64,000 nt of DNA, taken from positions 481,991 to 545,990 of the forward strand of contig JAHLLG010000002.1 in assembly GCA_020444275.1 (NCBI GenBank). Direction: 5' to 3'. Within the stretch, counting starts at the first letter, position 1, and each line of letters begins with the position of its first letter. Shown here in pieces: positions 35,295-44,391 of the stretch. The notes below the pieces were generated by a model. That model saw nothing but the letters and a program-made list of their open reading frames with translations. It was not told where the DNA came from and made no database searches. Source of the DNA: Bacteroidota bacterium. Lineage in GTDB: Bacteria > Bacteroidota > Bacteroidia > Bacteroidales > UBA12077. The position numbers and the translations under genes are program-made.

Positions 35295-35345
35295 TTATAC
35301 ACGATTAAGTGTGTTGATGCAAAAGAAGTAACCTAAAATAAAGAC

Positions 35346-36767
35346 ATGATTAAGAAAACGAAGATTGTTGCCACAATATCGGATAAAACCTGCACACCTG
35401 AATTTATTCAGTCACTTTATGATGAAGGAATGGATGTAGTTCGCATGAATACGGCACATCAAACAAGAGAAGGAGCCTTAAAAGTGATCAAGGATGTTCG
35501 ACAAGTGTCGGATAAAATTGCATTGCTAATTGATACCAAAGGTCCTGAAGTTAGAACATCAAAAACAGAGAATGTTGTTGAGTTAACTAAAGGTCAGCAG
35601 ATTTTAATAAAGGGAGATCCATTACAGGAATCAACTCAGGATTGCATCTATGTTTCACATACCGATTTTGTGAAAGATGTTCCTGATCAATCGTGCATTT
35701 TAATTGATGATGGATATATTGAGCTAAAGGTTATTAAAAAGAACGATGATTCTCTATTGTGTGAAGCTCAAAACGAAGGTTTGGTAAAAGGCAAAAAAAG
35801 TGTGAATGTCCCCAACGTTTCTTTTAATTTACCATCTATAAGTGCCAGGGATAAAGAATTTATTCAGTTAGCTATTGAACAAGATTTGGATTTTATCGCA
35901 CATTCATTTGTTCGCAGTAAAGAGGATGTGTTAGCCATTCAGAAAATGCTGGATGCAAAGAAAAGCGATATCAAAATAGTTGCTAAAATTGAGAACCAGC
36001 AGGGAATTGATAATATTGATGAAATTCTGGAGTATGCTTATGGAGTAATGGTAGCGAGAGGTGATTTAGCTGTAGAAATTCCGTACGAGAAGATTCCGGG
36101 TATGCAACGCTTTTTAATTGATAAATGCATAGAGGTACGCAAACCTGTAATTATTGCTACGCAGATGCTTCATACTATGATTGATAACCCAAGGCCAACA
36201 CGTGCCGAGGTGAATGATGTAGCAAGTGCTGTGTATAGAAATACCGATGCTGTAATGCTAAGCGGCGAAACGGCAACTGGAGATTATCCTGTTGAATCTG
36301 TGCGAACCATGTCAAAGATTGCCAAGGAGGTAGAAAGCACCAAAAAACCATTTAATGATATTCCTTCTGTAATTATTAATAATCCAATTTCGGCTTATTT
36401 GTGCAAAGCTGCTGTAAAAGGATCCATACGTTTAGATGCTAAAGCTATTATTGCCGATTCTACTTCGGGTAGAACATTAAGGAGTTTAGCAGCTTACCGC
36501 GGATCAAAACCAATTTTTGCACAATGCTATTCTAAACGTACAATGCGAGAAATGGCATTGAGTTATGGTGTTATTGCCAATTATATGGAACCGAAGGAAA
36601 CATCGCACGAGTTTTTGTCTGAAGCTTTAACTAATCTTATTGAAAATTATACGTTTACCAAAGATGACTTGCTTGTTGTAGCTGCCGGTAATTTCGGAAG
36701 AAGTGTAGGCGTATCATTTACAGAAATTGGTACCTTAGAAAATTTGATGGGAAATTTAGTGCGGTAG
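35346..36767 (+). CDS. pyk: pyruvate kinase
   Basis: 473 aa. KTKIVATI, RMNTAH, DTKGPE.RT, VARGDL..EIP and MLSGETA motifs. Confidence 0.96.
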   Translation: MIKKTKIVATISDKTCTPEFIQSLYDEGMDVVRMNTAHQTREGALKVIKDVRQVSDKIALLIDTKGPEVRTSKTENVVELTKGQQILIKGDPLQESTQDCIYVSHTDFVKDVPDQSCILIDDGYIELKVIKKNDDSLLCEAQNEGLVKGKKSVNVPNVSFNLPSISARDKEFIQLAIEQDLDFIAHSFVRSKEDVLAIQKMLDAKKSDIKIVAKIENQQGIDNIDEILEYAYGVMVARGDLAVEIPYEKIPGMQRFLIDKCIEVRKPVIIATQMLHTMIDNPRPTRAEVNDVASAVYRNTDAVMLSGETATGDYPVESVRTMSKIAKEVESTKKPFNDIPSVIINNPISAYLCKAAVKGSIRLDAKAIIADSTSGRTLRSLAAYRGSKPIFAQCYSKRTMREMALSYGVIANYMEPKETSHEFLSEALTNLIENYTFTKDDLLVVAAGNFGRSVGVSFTEIGTLENLMGNLVR

Positions 36768-36806
36768 TGCAACATTAAACTTGTTCTTCAATTCTTTGTT
36801 AAACAG

Positions 36807-37523
36807 ATGAACACCAACAAAGAAAGTATGAAAAAAACAGTTTTAATTACAGGATCAAATAAAGGAATTGGTTTTGAAACTTCACGTCAGTTAGGACATA
36901 AAGGATTTCATGTAATCATCTCGGGCAGAGATCAATTGAAAATCAAAAAGGCTTTAGAAAAGTTGCAAGAAGAAGGAATTGAGGCTAATATGTTACTTAT
37001 GGATGTAAGTAACCACGAGAACATTTTACAAGCTTCAAACGAATTTAAAAAGTTAAATATTTCGTTGGATGTGCTTATTAATAATGCAGCAATATTATTA
37101 AAAGAGGATAGGAGCCTCATAACAAATTCTCCTTCGATAATAGAAAATACAATACAAACAAATTCATTTAGCATTATAAATGTAACCAGGGAGTTTCTTC
37201 AGTTTATTCCTAATGGAGGCAGAATTATAAATATGTCGAGTGGTGGTGGATCAATGACCGATCCGGTTGGAGGATGGTCGCCAGCATATTGTGTTTCCAA
37301 AACCACAATAAATGCAATAACCCGACAGTTGTCTTTTGAATTATTAAGCAAAAATATATCTGTAAACTCTGTTTGTCCGGGTTGGGTAAAAACCGATATG
37401 GGAGGACAGGGCGCAATGAGACCAGTTGAAAAAGGAGCAGAAACACCCGTTTGGTTAGCCTCAGAAGCACCACAAAGTTTAAGTGGTAAATTTTTTAGGG
37501 ACAAGAAAGAGATTCCGTGGTAA
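36807..37523 (+). CDS. SDR-family NAD(P)-dependent oxidoreductase (carbonyl-reductase-like)
   Basis: 238 aa. TGSNKGIGFE Rossmann motif, NNAA, YCVSK catalytic tetrad element. Confidence 0.85.
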   Translation: MNTNKESMKKTVLITGSNKGIGFETSRQLGHKGFHVIISGRDQLKIKKALEKLQEEGIEANMLLMDVSNHENILQASNEFKKLNISLDVLINNAAILLKEDRSLITNSPSIIENTIQTNSFSIINVTREFLQFIPNGGRIINMSSGGGSMTDPVGGWSPAYCVSKTTINAITRQLSFELLSKNISVNSVCPGWVKTDMGGQGAMRPVEKGAETPVWLASEAPQSLSGKFFRDKKEIPW

Positions 37524-37545
37524 CATTTTTAATAATTGATTCAAT

Positions 37546-38499
37546 ATGTTAATACAGATAGCACTTTTAATATTTGGATTTGTATTACTAATATTAGGGG
37601 CAAATTGGCTTGTAGATGGAGCTTCCTCTTTAGCCAAAAGATTTCATGTTTCTGATTTAGCCATTGGGTTAACTATTGTTGCCTTTGGTACTTCAGCGCC
37701 TGAATTAGTTGTGAATATAATAGCTTCTTACAAGGATTACTCCGATATCGTTTTCGGGAATATAATTGGAAGTAATAATTTTAATCTATTTATTATACTT
37801 GGATTAACAGGGATAATTGCACCTATAACCGTTCAATCAAGTACCGTTTGGAAAGAAATACCGTTATCATTAATTGCTGTTCTTGTTCTTTTTATTTTAG
37901 TAAGTAACTTTTTTATACCGGGAGATTTAATTTTATCTCGTATGGATGGTGTGATTTTATTGATGTTGTTTTTTGCATTTCTTTATTACGTATATAAACA
38001 GTTAAAATCTGATACTACAGATTCGGATACAATAGAAAAATCATTGTCGGGATTTAAAATCTGGATTTTTCTTATAGTAGGATTAGCCGGGTTAATAATT
38101 GGCGGGCGAATACTTGTGAATAGCGCTGTTGATGTAGCAACTTTATTAGGCGTGAGCGAAAAGGTTATTGGATTAACAATAGTAGCAGCAGGCACATCTA
38201 TGCCGGAACTAGCGACATCAATTGTTGCTGCGATCAGAAAAAACAATGATATTGCTGTTGGAAATATTATAGGGTCAAATATATTTAATATCTTTCTGAT
38301 ACTCGCAATTAGCTCATTTGTAAAACCATTGCACTACAATATCAAGTTTAATTTTGATTTATTGATTTTAGCAGGTGGAACATTATTTTTATTTATAGCT
38401 ATGTTTACCGGACAAAAGAAAAAACTGGATCGTTGGGAAGCCGCTTTAATTTTTGCCACTTTTATAATATATTCTATATTTTTAATTATGAGTAATTAA
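37546..38499 (+). CDS. calcium/sodium (CaCA, YrbG-type) antiporter
   Basis: 317 aa, about 10 TM. Duplicated alpha-repeats (GTSAPELVV…GNIIGSNNFN and GTSMPELATS…GNIIGSNIFN). Confidence 0.9.
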   Translation: MLIQIALLIFGFVLLILGANWLVDGASSLAKRFHVSDLAIGLTIVAFGTSAPELVVNIIASYKDYSDIVFGNIIGSNNFNLFIILGLTGIIAPITVQSSTVWKEIPLSLIAVLVLFILVSNFFIPGDLILSRMDGVILLMLFFAFLYYVYKQLKSDTTDSDTIEKSLSGFKIWIFLIVGLAGLIIGGRILVNSAVDVATLLGVSEKVIGLTIVAAGTSMPELATSIVAAIRKNNDIAVGNIIGSNIFNIFLILAISSFVKPLHYNIKFNFDLLILAGGTLFLFIAMFTGQKKKLDRWEAALIFATFIIYSIFLIMSN

Positions 38500-39830
38500 A
38501 AATACTCCCTCAAATTCCACTCAATAAATTCGTTCTTCCATAATGAAAACAGATCCTGGTCATCAGGAATTTCTTTTCCGTGATTATTAAAAAGATTTAG
38601 AAACTCTGTAAGCTTATGGTTTTCCAAAATACTTGTGTTTTGGGTTAATCCTGTTCTCAGGAAAAAAGCTTTATTCCCAATGATAACCTTTTTTAAATAG
38701 TATTGATTTTCCAAATGATCGTCCAGTAATAATCCTTTGTAGGATATTTCCAATTTATCCGGAATATTGTTATGCTGGCTGTCATCTCTCGATTGAATTT
38801 GATTGTCTTTTATTATGTAAGATGAACCATTAAATGAAATGTTTCTTATATAACCATTTTCGGTTAATTGTGTATTATGATCTAGAAATTTTGAAGCAAT
38901 TTTTCGACGGAATCCCGCTTTTTGAAACCTGTTCTTAAAGTTAAAAGTACAATAATTTAATCCAATATCTAACTTATTTTCAGCGATATATTCAATAATT
39001 TTCAGTGCTGTTAGTTCTGATTCTAATACTGTAGCTTGCTCTCCATGCAGATAGGTGTAATCTCTTTTTAAAAGCCTGGGTGCATTGTAATTGGTTAATC
39101 GCAACTGATGCAAGTTTAAATTAGTTACACCCAGTTTGATCAGTTCAGGAATTGCTTGTTTTATTTTTTCAAAATCTTCGGGCACAGCCGGAATTTCGAC
39201 GGTTAAATTAGGAATTATTCCACTTGCCAGTTGAATGTATTTTAAATTATAACCTGTAGCACCTATATCAAAACGTACTTCATCAATTCCTGCGTCAGCT
39301 AATTTCTGGTAGATTTCTTCTGAACCTAATAGTCCGTTGGTGTACATCCATAAATAAATTTCATCTCCAAGTTCTTTGCGAATGGTTTGAATATAGTTTA
39401 ATGTTCGTTCAAATACCAGTAAAGGCTCACCACCACTTAAGCTGGCACCTTTAAAACCAAAATATTTTAGGTAGGCAACATAGTCTTCAGGATTATCGAA
39501 ACTGGTTAACTGGGTAGATGGAATTCCATCCTGATCCTGAGATGTTGGGCAATAGAAACATTTGGCATTGCACTTTCCGGTAACAAATAAACACGACCAT
39601 TCTCCCTGTCCACACAACTGGCATCCTTTCGATAATCTATTAATCCAGGGTTTGGTATTTTTAAACGACCACTGCAGTTTCTGCTCCATTCGTTGAAGAA
39701 TCTGATTGCGTTCCTCTTCTTTTTCTGCTGCTTCGTAATATCCAATCCACTTAATCTGGTCACTGTACTCGGGATATTGCGATCGGTTTTTGTTGGTTAA
39801 GCTATTTAAATAATTGATATATGCGCTCAT
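38496..39830 (-). CDS. radical SAM protein of unknown function with an additional upstream Cys cluster
   Basis: 444 aa. GKCNAKCFYCP (CxxxCxxC) is preceded by CQLCGQGEWSC, and SGGEPLL is a SAM-binding motif. The roughly 170-aa C-terminal region has no motif I recognise. Confidence 0.8.
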   Translation of the reverse strand: MSAYINYLNSLTNKNRSQYPEYSDQIKWIGYYEAAEKEEERNQILQRMEQKLQWSFKNTKPWINRLSKGCQLCGQGEWSCLFVTGKCNAKCFYCPTSQDQDGIPSTQLTSFDNPEDYVAYLKYFGFKGASLSGGEPLLVFERTLNYIQTIRKELGDEIYLWMYTNGLLGSEEIYQKLADAGIDEVRFDIGATGYNLKYIQLASGIIPNLTVEIPAVPEDFEKIKQAIPELIKLGVTNLNLHQLRLTNYNAPRLLKRDYTYLHGEQATVLESELTALKIIEYIAENKLDIGLNYCTFNFKNRFQKAGFRRKIASKFLDHNTQLTENGYIRNISFNGSSYIIKDNQIQSRDDSQHNNIPDKLEISYKGLLLDDHLENQYYLKKVIIGNKAFFLRTGLTQNTSILENHKLTEFLNLFNNHGKEIPDDQDLFSLWKNEFIEWNLREYF

Positions 39831-40076
39831 CTTGGTTTAATGGTAATAAAATAATAAACTAGGAGTAATTAAATCCTATAGGTAGGATTATCTTTATTTC
39901 AAAAGACAAGCATGCTTACAGTTCGGAAAAGATGTACAAACAGATAAGTATCTTGTAAATGTTGTTAAATCCCTTTAGGATACTCAACTTAAGGAAATCA
40001 TAATATGAAGTATAACTTTTTTGCATCCTGTAATAAAGGATGTAAAAATAGTTAAATTTTAAATAGAAATTCCTAA

Positions 40077-42269
40077 TTATTCAATTTCCAGATTTACATT
40101 TTCAGTTGTTACCTCATAATCGTATTCAGGATACTCATAAATAGGAACTCGAGGTTCTGTTTCTCCTATGGAATATCCCCAAATACTTTCATAATCAGTA
40201 ATATCTTCTCCAATACTTTCCAGTTGTTCTAAATATTCACTTATTGATTTGGATTCGATAATAATTACTTTGCCCATTTTCTCAATAATAGGACTATGTG
40301 TTCGATTGATATCGTGATCAAATTCAAGTATTCTGCGGCCATAACGCGTAATTCCAATGGTTCTGAATGTTAAGCTCTTTCCAACACCAGGTAAGTTTAA
40401 AACATTTCTGTCGGTTCCTAAAAACGGAAGGTTTGCTTTATTGCGCAATTCTGTAATGTTTTCAACCAATGATTCTGAATGATTTGGAAAATCTTTGATG
40501 GTATCATAATATTCTTCAGGGATTTTGCCATAAATTTTTTCTTCCATCTGTTCTTGAACAGCTCGTTCGTTGGTCGCAAAATTGAAATTGTTTTCCATAT
40601 AACCTTTTACACTGAATGTGTAGTAATTAATAATTCCAATATCATTCAGAACTTTTCGAAGTTTCGAAGAATGTCCTCGGCGCGATGCAGCAGCTGTGAA
40701 AACCAGCTGATTGGTTACGGTCCAGCCGGCATTGATTAATTTGCGAATTCCCTCTCGAGCTTCCGGAGTAACTTCCATAGGCGATTCGAAGTGTGTTTGA
40801 ATTACAAATTGTTTAATACCAATTTTCGAGGCTTTTTCTTTAAAATCTTTAAGGATTTGCGTTAAGTTATGGGTAATTCTCTGTGGTAAGTATACCGGTA
40901 ATCTTGTTCCCAGTCTTACACGCACAATTTCTGCATATTTTTCTCCATCAATGCGATTTTCATTGGCTTTCTTTTTGCGCAAAGCCATTTCAAAAATTTC
41001 ATTGAGCATTTTCTGAAGAGATTTGTCCGAACTCATTAAAGCATCACCACCGGTAATCAATATATCTCGCAGTTGAGGATCGTTTTCAAAATAATGAATA
41101 AGCTCTTCAAGTCTTTCTTCCCAGGTCTGCTTTGGTTTTAATTTTTCGAGGTTAAAGTTCAGATTACCTTTCTGAAAATCGTACATACGTTGACAAGACG
41201 AACATAAGCCACCACATGCTCGTCCCATTGTATCAGGTATTAATATGGCTACTTCTGGATATCTCCTGTGAATATTATGTTCGTTTGGTAATAACCAACC
41301 TGCTGCATTAGGTTTTCCGGGCTCTACTTTGTCTTCTTTTTCCCAGGCAATAATATGGCCATATTCATCAAGTAATTGTTTGCTGTAAATTACATAATGC
41401 CGTATTGCTAAATCAGCACCTACTGCGAAGTAAGGTACGCGAACATGAAGTAGTGAAAGATAATAAGGATTAACAAAAAATGGTATTCCCATTTCTTTTG
41501 CTTCGTATAAAAGTTTCATTGTATCCGGATCGAGTGAATTACCTAATAATTCATTGAGTAATTCGGGTGTTCGTACGGCGAAACGCAAGTGAAAAACACT
41601 TTCGTCCCACCATTCAAGCATTTTCAGATACTTTTGCTCTTGCGACATTGCTTTCTCGAAAAAATATTTCGAATCTGTTATTTCGCCTGAATCTATTTTA
41701 GAAATTAATATTTTAATTATTCGTTCACGATTCTCTTCACGAAGTTTTGCAATTCTTGGATCTAAGCCGTGACACCAGCGATCCATCCACTGCTCAACCT
41801 GTTCTATTGTTGGAATCTCGCGTTTTAATTTTCCGGTAAACTGCCTGAAAAGTTGCAACATATCTTCAAAAAAGAATGGTTTTGCACCACCTGTGCCATA
41901 GGTTACGGCTAACCAAATTAATGCTATTGGATTACTAATTGCTTTTTCGCCTCGTAAATTCAAATCATCAAATTCGCGCCCTGCATTATCAATATAATCA
42001 AGAATGCGGATAGCTGCGAAGTCCTGCCATTTTAATTTTTCAAAGGCTTCGCGACCAACAGCTTCACGTTTGTAGAACTTATATGCGTCGTTATGTTTTT
42101 TTAGTTCTTCAAGGATCCAGTTTCTTACGCCTACCAATGCTTCTGTTTCGTTTCGTGCATTCCGCATAATTTCATCAAGCATAGGGTTTTCTTTGAGTAG
42201 TTTTCGCAAAAGCATATGCGATTTAACTGATATGGCTATTTGATCTAATTCGTGAACTATTGTTGACAT
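40077..42269 (-). CDS. KamA-family (2,3-aminomutase-like) radical SAM protein with large N- and C-terminal extensions
   Basis: 730 aa. HRRYPEVAILIPDTMGRACGGLCSSCQRMY (CxxxCxxC), ILITGGDALM, RLGTRLPVYLPQRI, QTHFESPMEVT, NLPGVGKS (candidate PLP lysine). About 330 aa precede the KamA core. Confidence 0.85.
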   Translation of the reverse strand: MSTIVHELDQIAISVKSHMLLRKLLKENPMLDEIMRNARNETEALVGVRNWILEELKKHNDAYKFYKREAVGREAFEKLKWQDFAAIRILDYIDNAGREFDDLNLRGEKAISNPIALIWLAVTYGTGGAKPFFFEDMLQLFRQFTGKLKREIPTIEQVEQWMDRWCHGLDPRIAKLREENRERIIKILISKIDSGEITDSKYFFEKAMSQEQKYLKMLEWWDESVFHLRFAVRTPELLNELLGNSLDPDTMKLLYEAKEMGIPFFVNPYYLSLLHVRVPYFAVGADLAIRHYVIYSKQLLDEYGHIIAWEKEDKVEPGKPNAAGWLLPNEHNIHRRYPEVAILIPDTMGRACGGLCSSCQRMYDFQKGNLNFNLEKLKPKQTWEERLEELIHYFENDPQLRDILITGGDALMSSDKSLQKMLNEIFEMALRKKKANENRIDGEKYAEIVRVRLGTRLPVYLPQRITHNLTQILKDFKEKASKIGIKQFVIQTHFESPMEVTPEAREGIRKLINAGWTVTNQLVFTAAASRRGHSSKLRKVLNDIGIINYYTFSVKGYMENNFNFATNERAVQEQMEEKIYGKIPEEYYDTIKDFPNHSESLVENITELRNKANLPFLGTDRNVLNLPGVGKSLTFRTIGITRYGRRILEFDHDINRTHSPIIEKMGKVIIIESKSISEYLEQLESIGEDITDYESIWGYSIGETEPRVPIYEYPEYDYEVTTENVNLEIE

Positions 42270-42304
42270 AATATATGATGGTTTGATTTGATCTTAAAAT
42301 ATAC

Positions 42305-42331
42305 AAAAAATGCGGTTGTTTTGCAACCGCA
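42305..42331 (-). terminator. rho-independent terminator of the caspase-family gene, insulating it from the KamA-like gene
   Basis: On the minus strand: TGCGGTTG-caaaa-CAACCGCA followed by TTTTTTG. Confidence 0.8.
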
Positions 42332-42356
42332 ATTCGTATTTTGTACAAGAATGAAT

Positions 42357-44234
42357 TTAGTTCCGTTTTACAAATATAAAATCACCGCCCTCATCTCCGG
42401 TATCTTTAATTTCGCCATATAAAGGTGTGTTTGGACTGTTATTTAAAACAGCATTTTTAAAGCTGCTGAATAGTTCTTCTGCAGATATGTAAGGCCTTGT
42501 ATTTTCTTGTAGTCTTTTATTCAAATACAGAAGGAAAACACTTTTATCGGGTACTTCTTTTAGTGATCCACTTGTCATCGCTTTACGACTTGGATATACA
42601 TATAATTCCTGTATTGGTTTCGGAGCATAATTAAATGCTTTCCGGCTTTTAAATATTCCTCCACTAAAACAGGCATCAGCAATTAGCAAAGTATGTTTTG
42701 TGTTTACTGTACGCAGATAATCTCTTATAGTGCTGTTTCTCATCCAGTTTGCGGTGTTGGTTTTTTTTGCATCGGAAGGCAACCAGTAACCCGCTTCATC
42801 TTCATTATCCCAGTATCCATGACCGGCATAAAAAACCAGTAAATTATCGTCCTCAGTAACTACTTTGTTTAAGTGATCAAGATGAGAAATAATTTCTTCG
42901 CGTGTAGGGCTTTTAAGAAAAGTGACATTCTCATTATCAAAAGTGTAATATTGAGTTATTGTTTTAAGAAGCTTTTCAGCATCTACAACAGGTTGTTCAA
43001 GGTTCATTATTTCCGGATCGCTATATTCACTCACCCCAATAAAGAGAGCATAATACTTTCCTTCTTTTGATGATTTTTTTTCCATAGCTGAATGATCAGC
43101 CATATTTGACTGCCTCTGACCTTGTTTATTTTCAGGAGTGTAATTTATGGTATATGTTTCTTCAATAGTATTATCAAAATTATCTACCGCCCGAACAAAA
43201 ACCGTATTGCCACCTTCGGCCAAATAAATATCAGTATCAAATTCTCCATTTTCCTTTAAATTCGTATACATACCATTCACGGTAAGTTCATATATACTAT
43301 TCTCATCACTTACTTTTCCTTTTAGTACAATCTCTTCCGATTTTACATTGATCGGTTTTTCTTTGGTTAAAACAGGATCTGTAAATGTAATTTGAGGCGG
43401 AGTTGTGTCCGTTTTTTTTGTAGTTTCTGCGCCAATGTTGAGAGAAATTAATCCGGAACTATTTTCTGTTCGTGCTACTTGTTCATTATTAGAGTAAGAG
43501 ATATCTCTAAATTGAATATTTCCAATTTTAAGATCTAACCCATAGGTTATTTCCAGCACTTCAACGCCAAATTCGATCATTTTAATTCGATCTGAAAAAT
43601 CGTAAGGCATATCAAAACTAAACATGGCTACATCCGATTGTCCGGGCTGAAATGTTAAAGTAGGTGTTGCGTATCGTGCATTTCCGGTTACTCTTCCCAA
43701 TTTTGAATAATTCGATTCTAATCTTTTTCCATTAAAATCGTATACACGGGCTAATCGATTGATCATTTTAAGATCGCGCCTTTTGCCATTGTTTTTTATT
43801 TTTAAAATACAGATAAGTTTTCGATCCTTTTTATAACATTCGGCTAACTCAAACTCAAATTTCTCAACATGATCAGACGGATTTATTGTTTTACCTGGTG
43901 TAGCAACAACTTTAAAAACGTAATTATCACCCTGAAGTGTTTTTTGATCTTCTAAAACATCCCAAATAATAATTTTATTATTTCCTCCCTCAATATCTTT
44001 ACCACAATCTCCTGAAACAGCTTTAACCGGAACGTCAAAACTTTGACCTCCATTATTGGAACAAAGCAATTTTACATCAAACAGTTGTCCTGCTTTTTCA
44101 TGTGTTAAGTTATAAACAACATTAACTTTGTCTTCAAATGTTTTAATCTGAAGATTCTCAATTTGTTGTGCATTTACATGGTTGAATATGCTTATCCATG
44201 CAAAAATGATGAGAAAAGATTTAAATGTTTTCAT
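42357..44234 (-). CDS. exported caspase-family (peptidase C14) protein with N-terminal beta-rich/Ig-like domains
   Basis: 625 aa. Signal peptide (…FNHVNAQQ). The C-terminal caspase fold has YALFIGVSEY, the catalytic His in LLVFYAGHGYW and the catalytic Cys in LLIADACFSGG. Confidence 0.85.
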   Translation of the reverse strand: MKTFKSFLIIFAWISIFNHVNAQQIENLQIKTFEDKVNVVYNLTHEKAGQLFDVKLLCSNNGGQSFDVPVKAVSGDCGKDIEGGNNKIIIWDVLEDQKTLQGDNYVFKVVATPGKTINPSDHVEKFEFELAECYKKDRKLICILKIKNNGKRRDLKMINRLARVYDFNGKRLESNYSKLGRVTGNARYATPTLTFQPGQSDVAMFSFDMPYDFSDRIKMIEFGVEVLEITYGLDLKIGNIQFRDISYSNNEQVARTENSSGLISLNIGAETTKKTDTTPPQITFTDPVLTKEKPINVKSEEIVLKGKVSDENSIYELTVNGMYTNLKENGEFDTDIYLAEGGNTVFVRAVDNFDNTIEETYTINYTPENKQGQRQSNMADHSAMEKKSSKEGKYYALFIGVSEYSDPEIMNLEQPVVDAEKLLKTITQYYTFDNENVTFLKSPTREEIISHLDHLNKVVTEDDNLLVFYAGHGYWDNEDEAGYWLPSDAKKTNTANWMRNSTIRDYLRTVNTKHTLLIADACFSGGIFKSRKAFNYAPKPIQELYVYPSRKAMTSGSLKEVPDKSVFLLYLNKRLQENTRPYISAEELFSSFKNAVLNNSPNTPLYGEIKDTGDEGGDFIFVKRN

Positions 44235-44391
44235 AGTTCTTTATGCAATTTCATTGATGGAACCTGTAAGTTATTTTGTACTAGTTAAGTTGACAAGCCT
44301 AATTTACTAAATTAGCCTGTAGAATAAAAATTAATTGATAATTGATTTAATTATAGTTATACTTCATCATAAAAAGTAGTATTTTTATCAG

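Noticed and set aside
40017-40048. Hairpin TTTTTGCATCCT-gtaataa-AGGATGTAAAAA just downstream of the KamA-like stop; considered as its terminator
   Set aside because: On the minus (coding) strand the stem is followed by an A-run, not a U-run, because the T-run forms part of the stem. It does not fit an intrinsic terminator, so I treat the two rSAM genes as probably co-transcribed.
40005-40055. 16-codon + strand ORF (MKYNFFASCNKGCKNS) with two Cys in the spacer between the two radical-SAM genes; considered as a RiPP precursor
   Set aside because: It is on the opposite strand to both rSAM genes, is very short with no leader-like region, and has no SD or promoter. Its sequence coincides with an A/T-flanked hairpin. 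A chance ORF in AT-rich DNA is more likely. It is worth re-checking only if the rSAM pair proves to be peptide-modifying.
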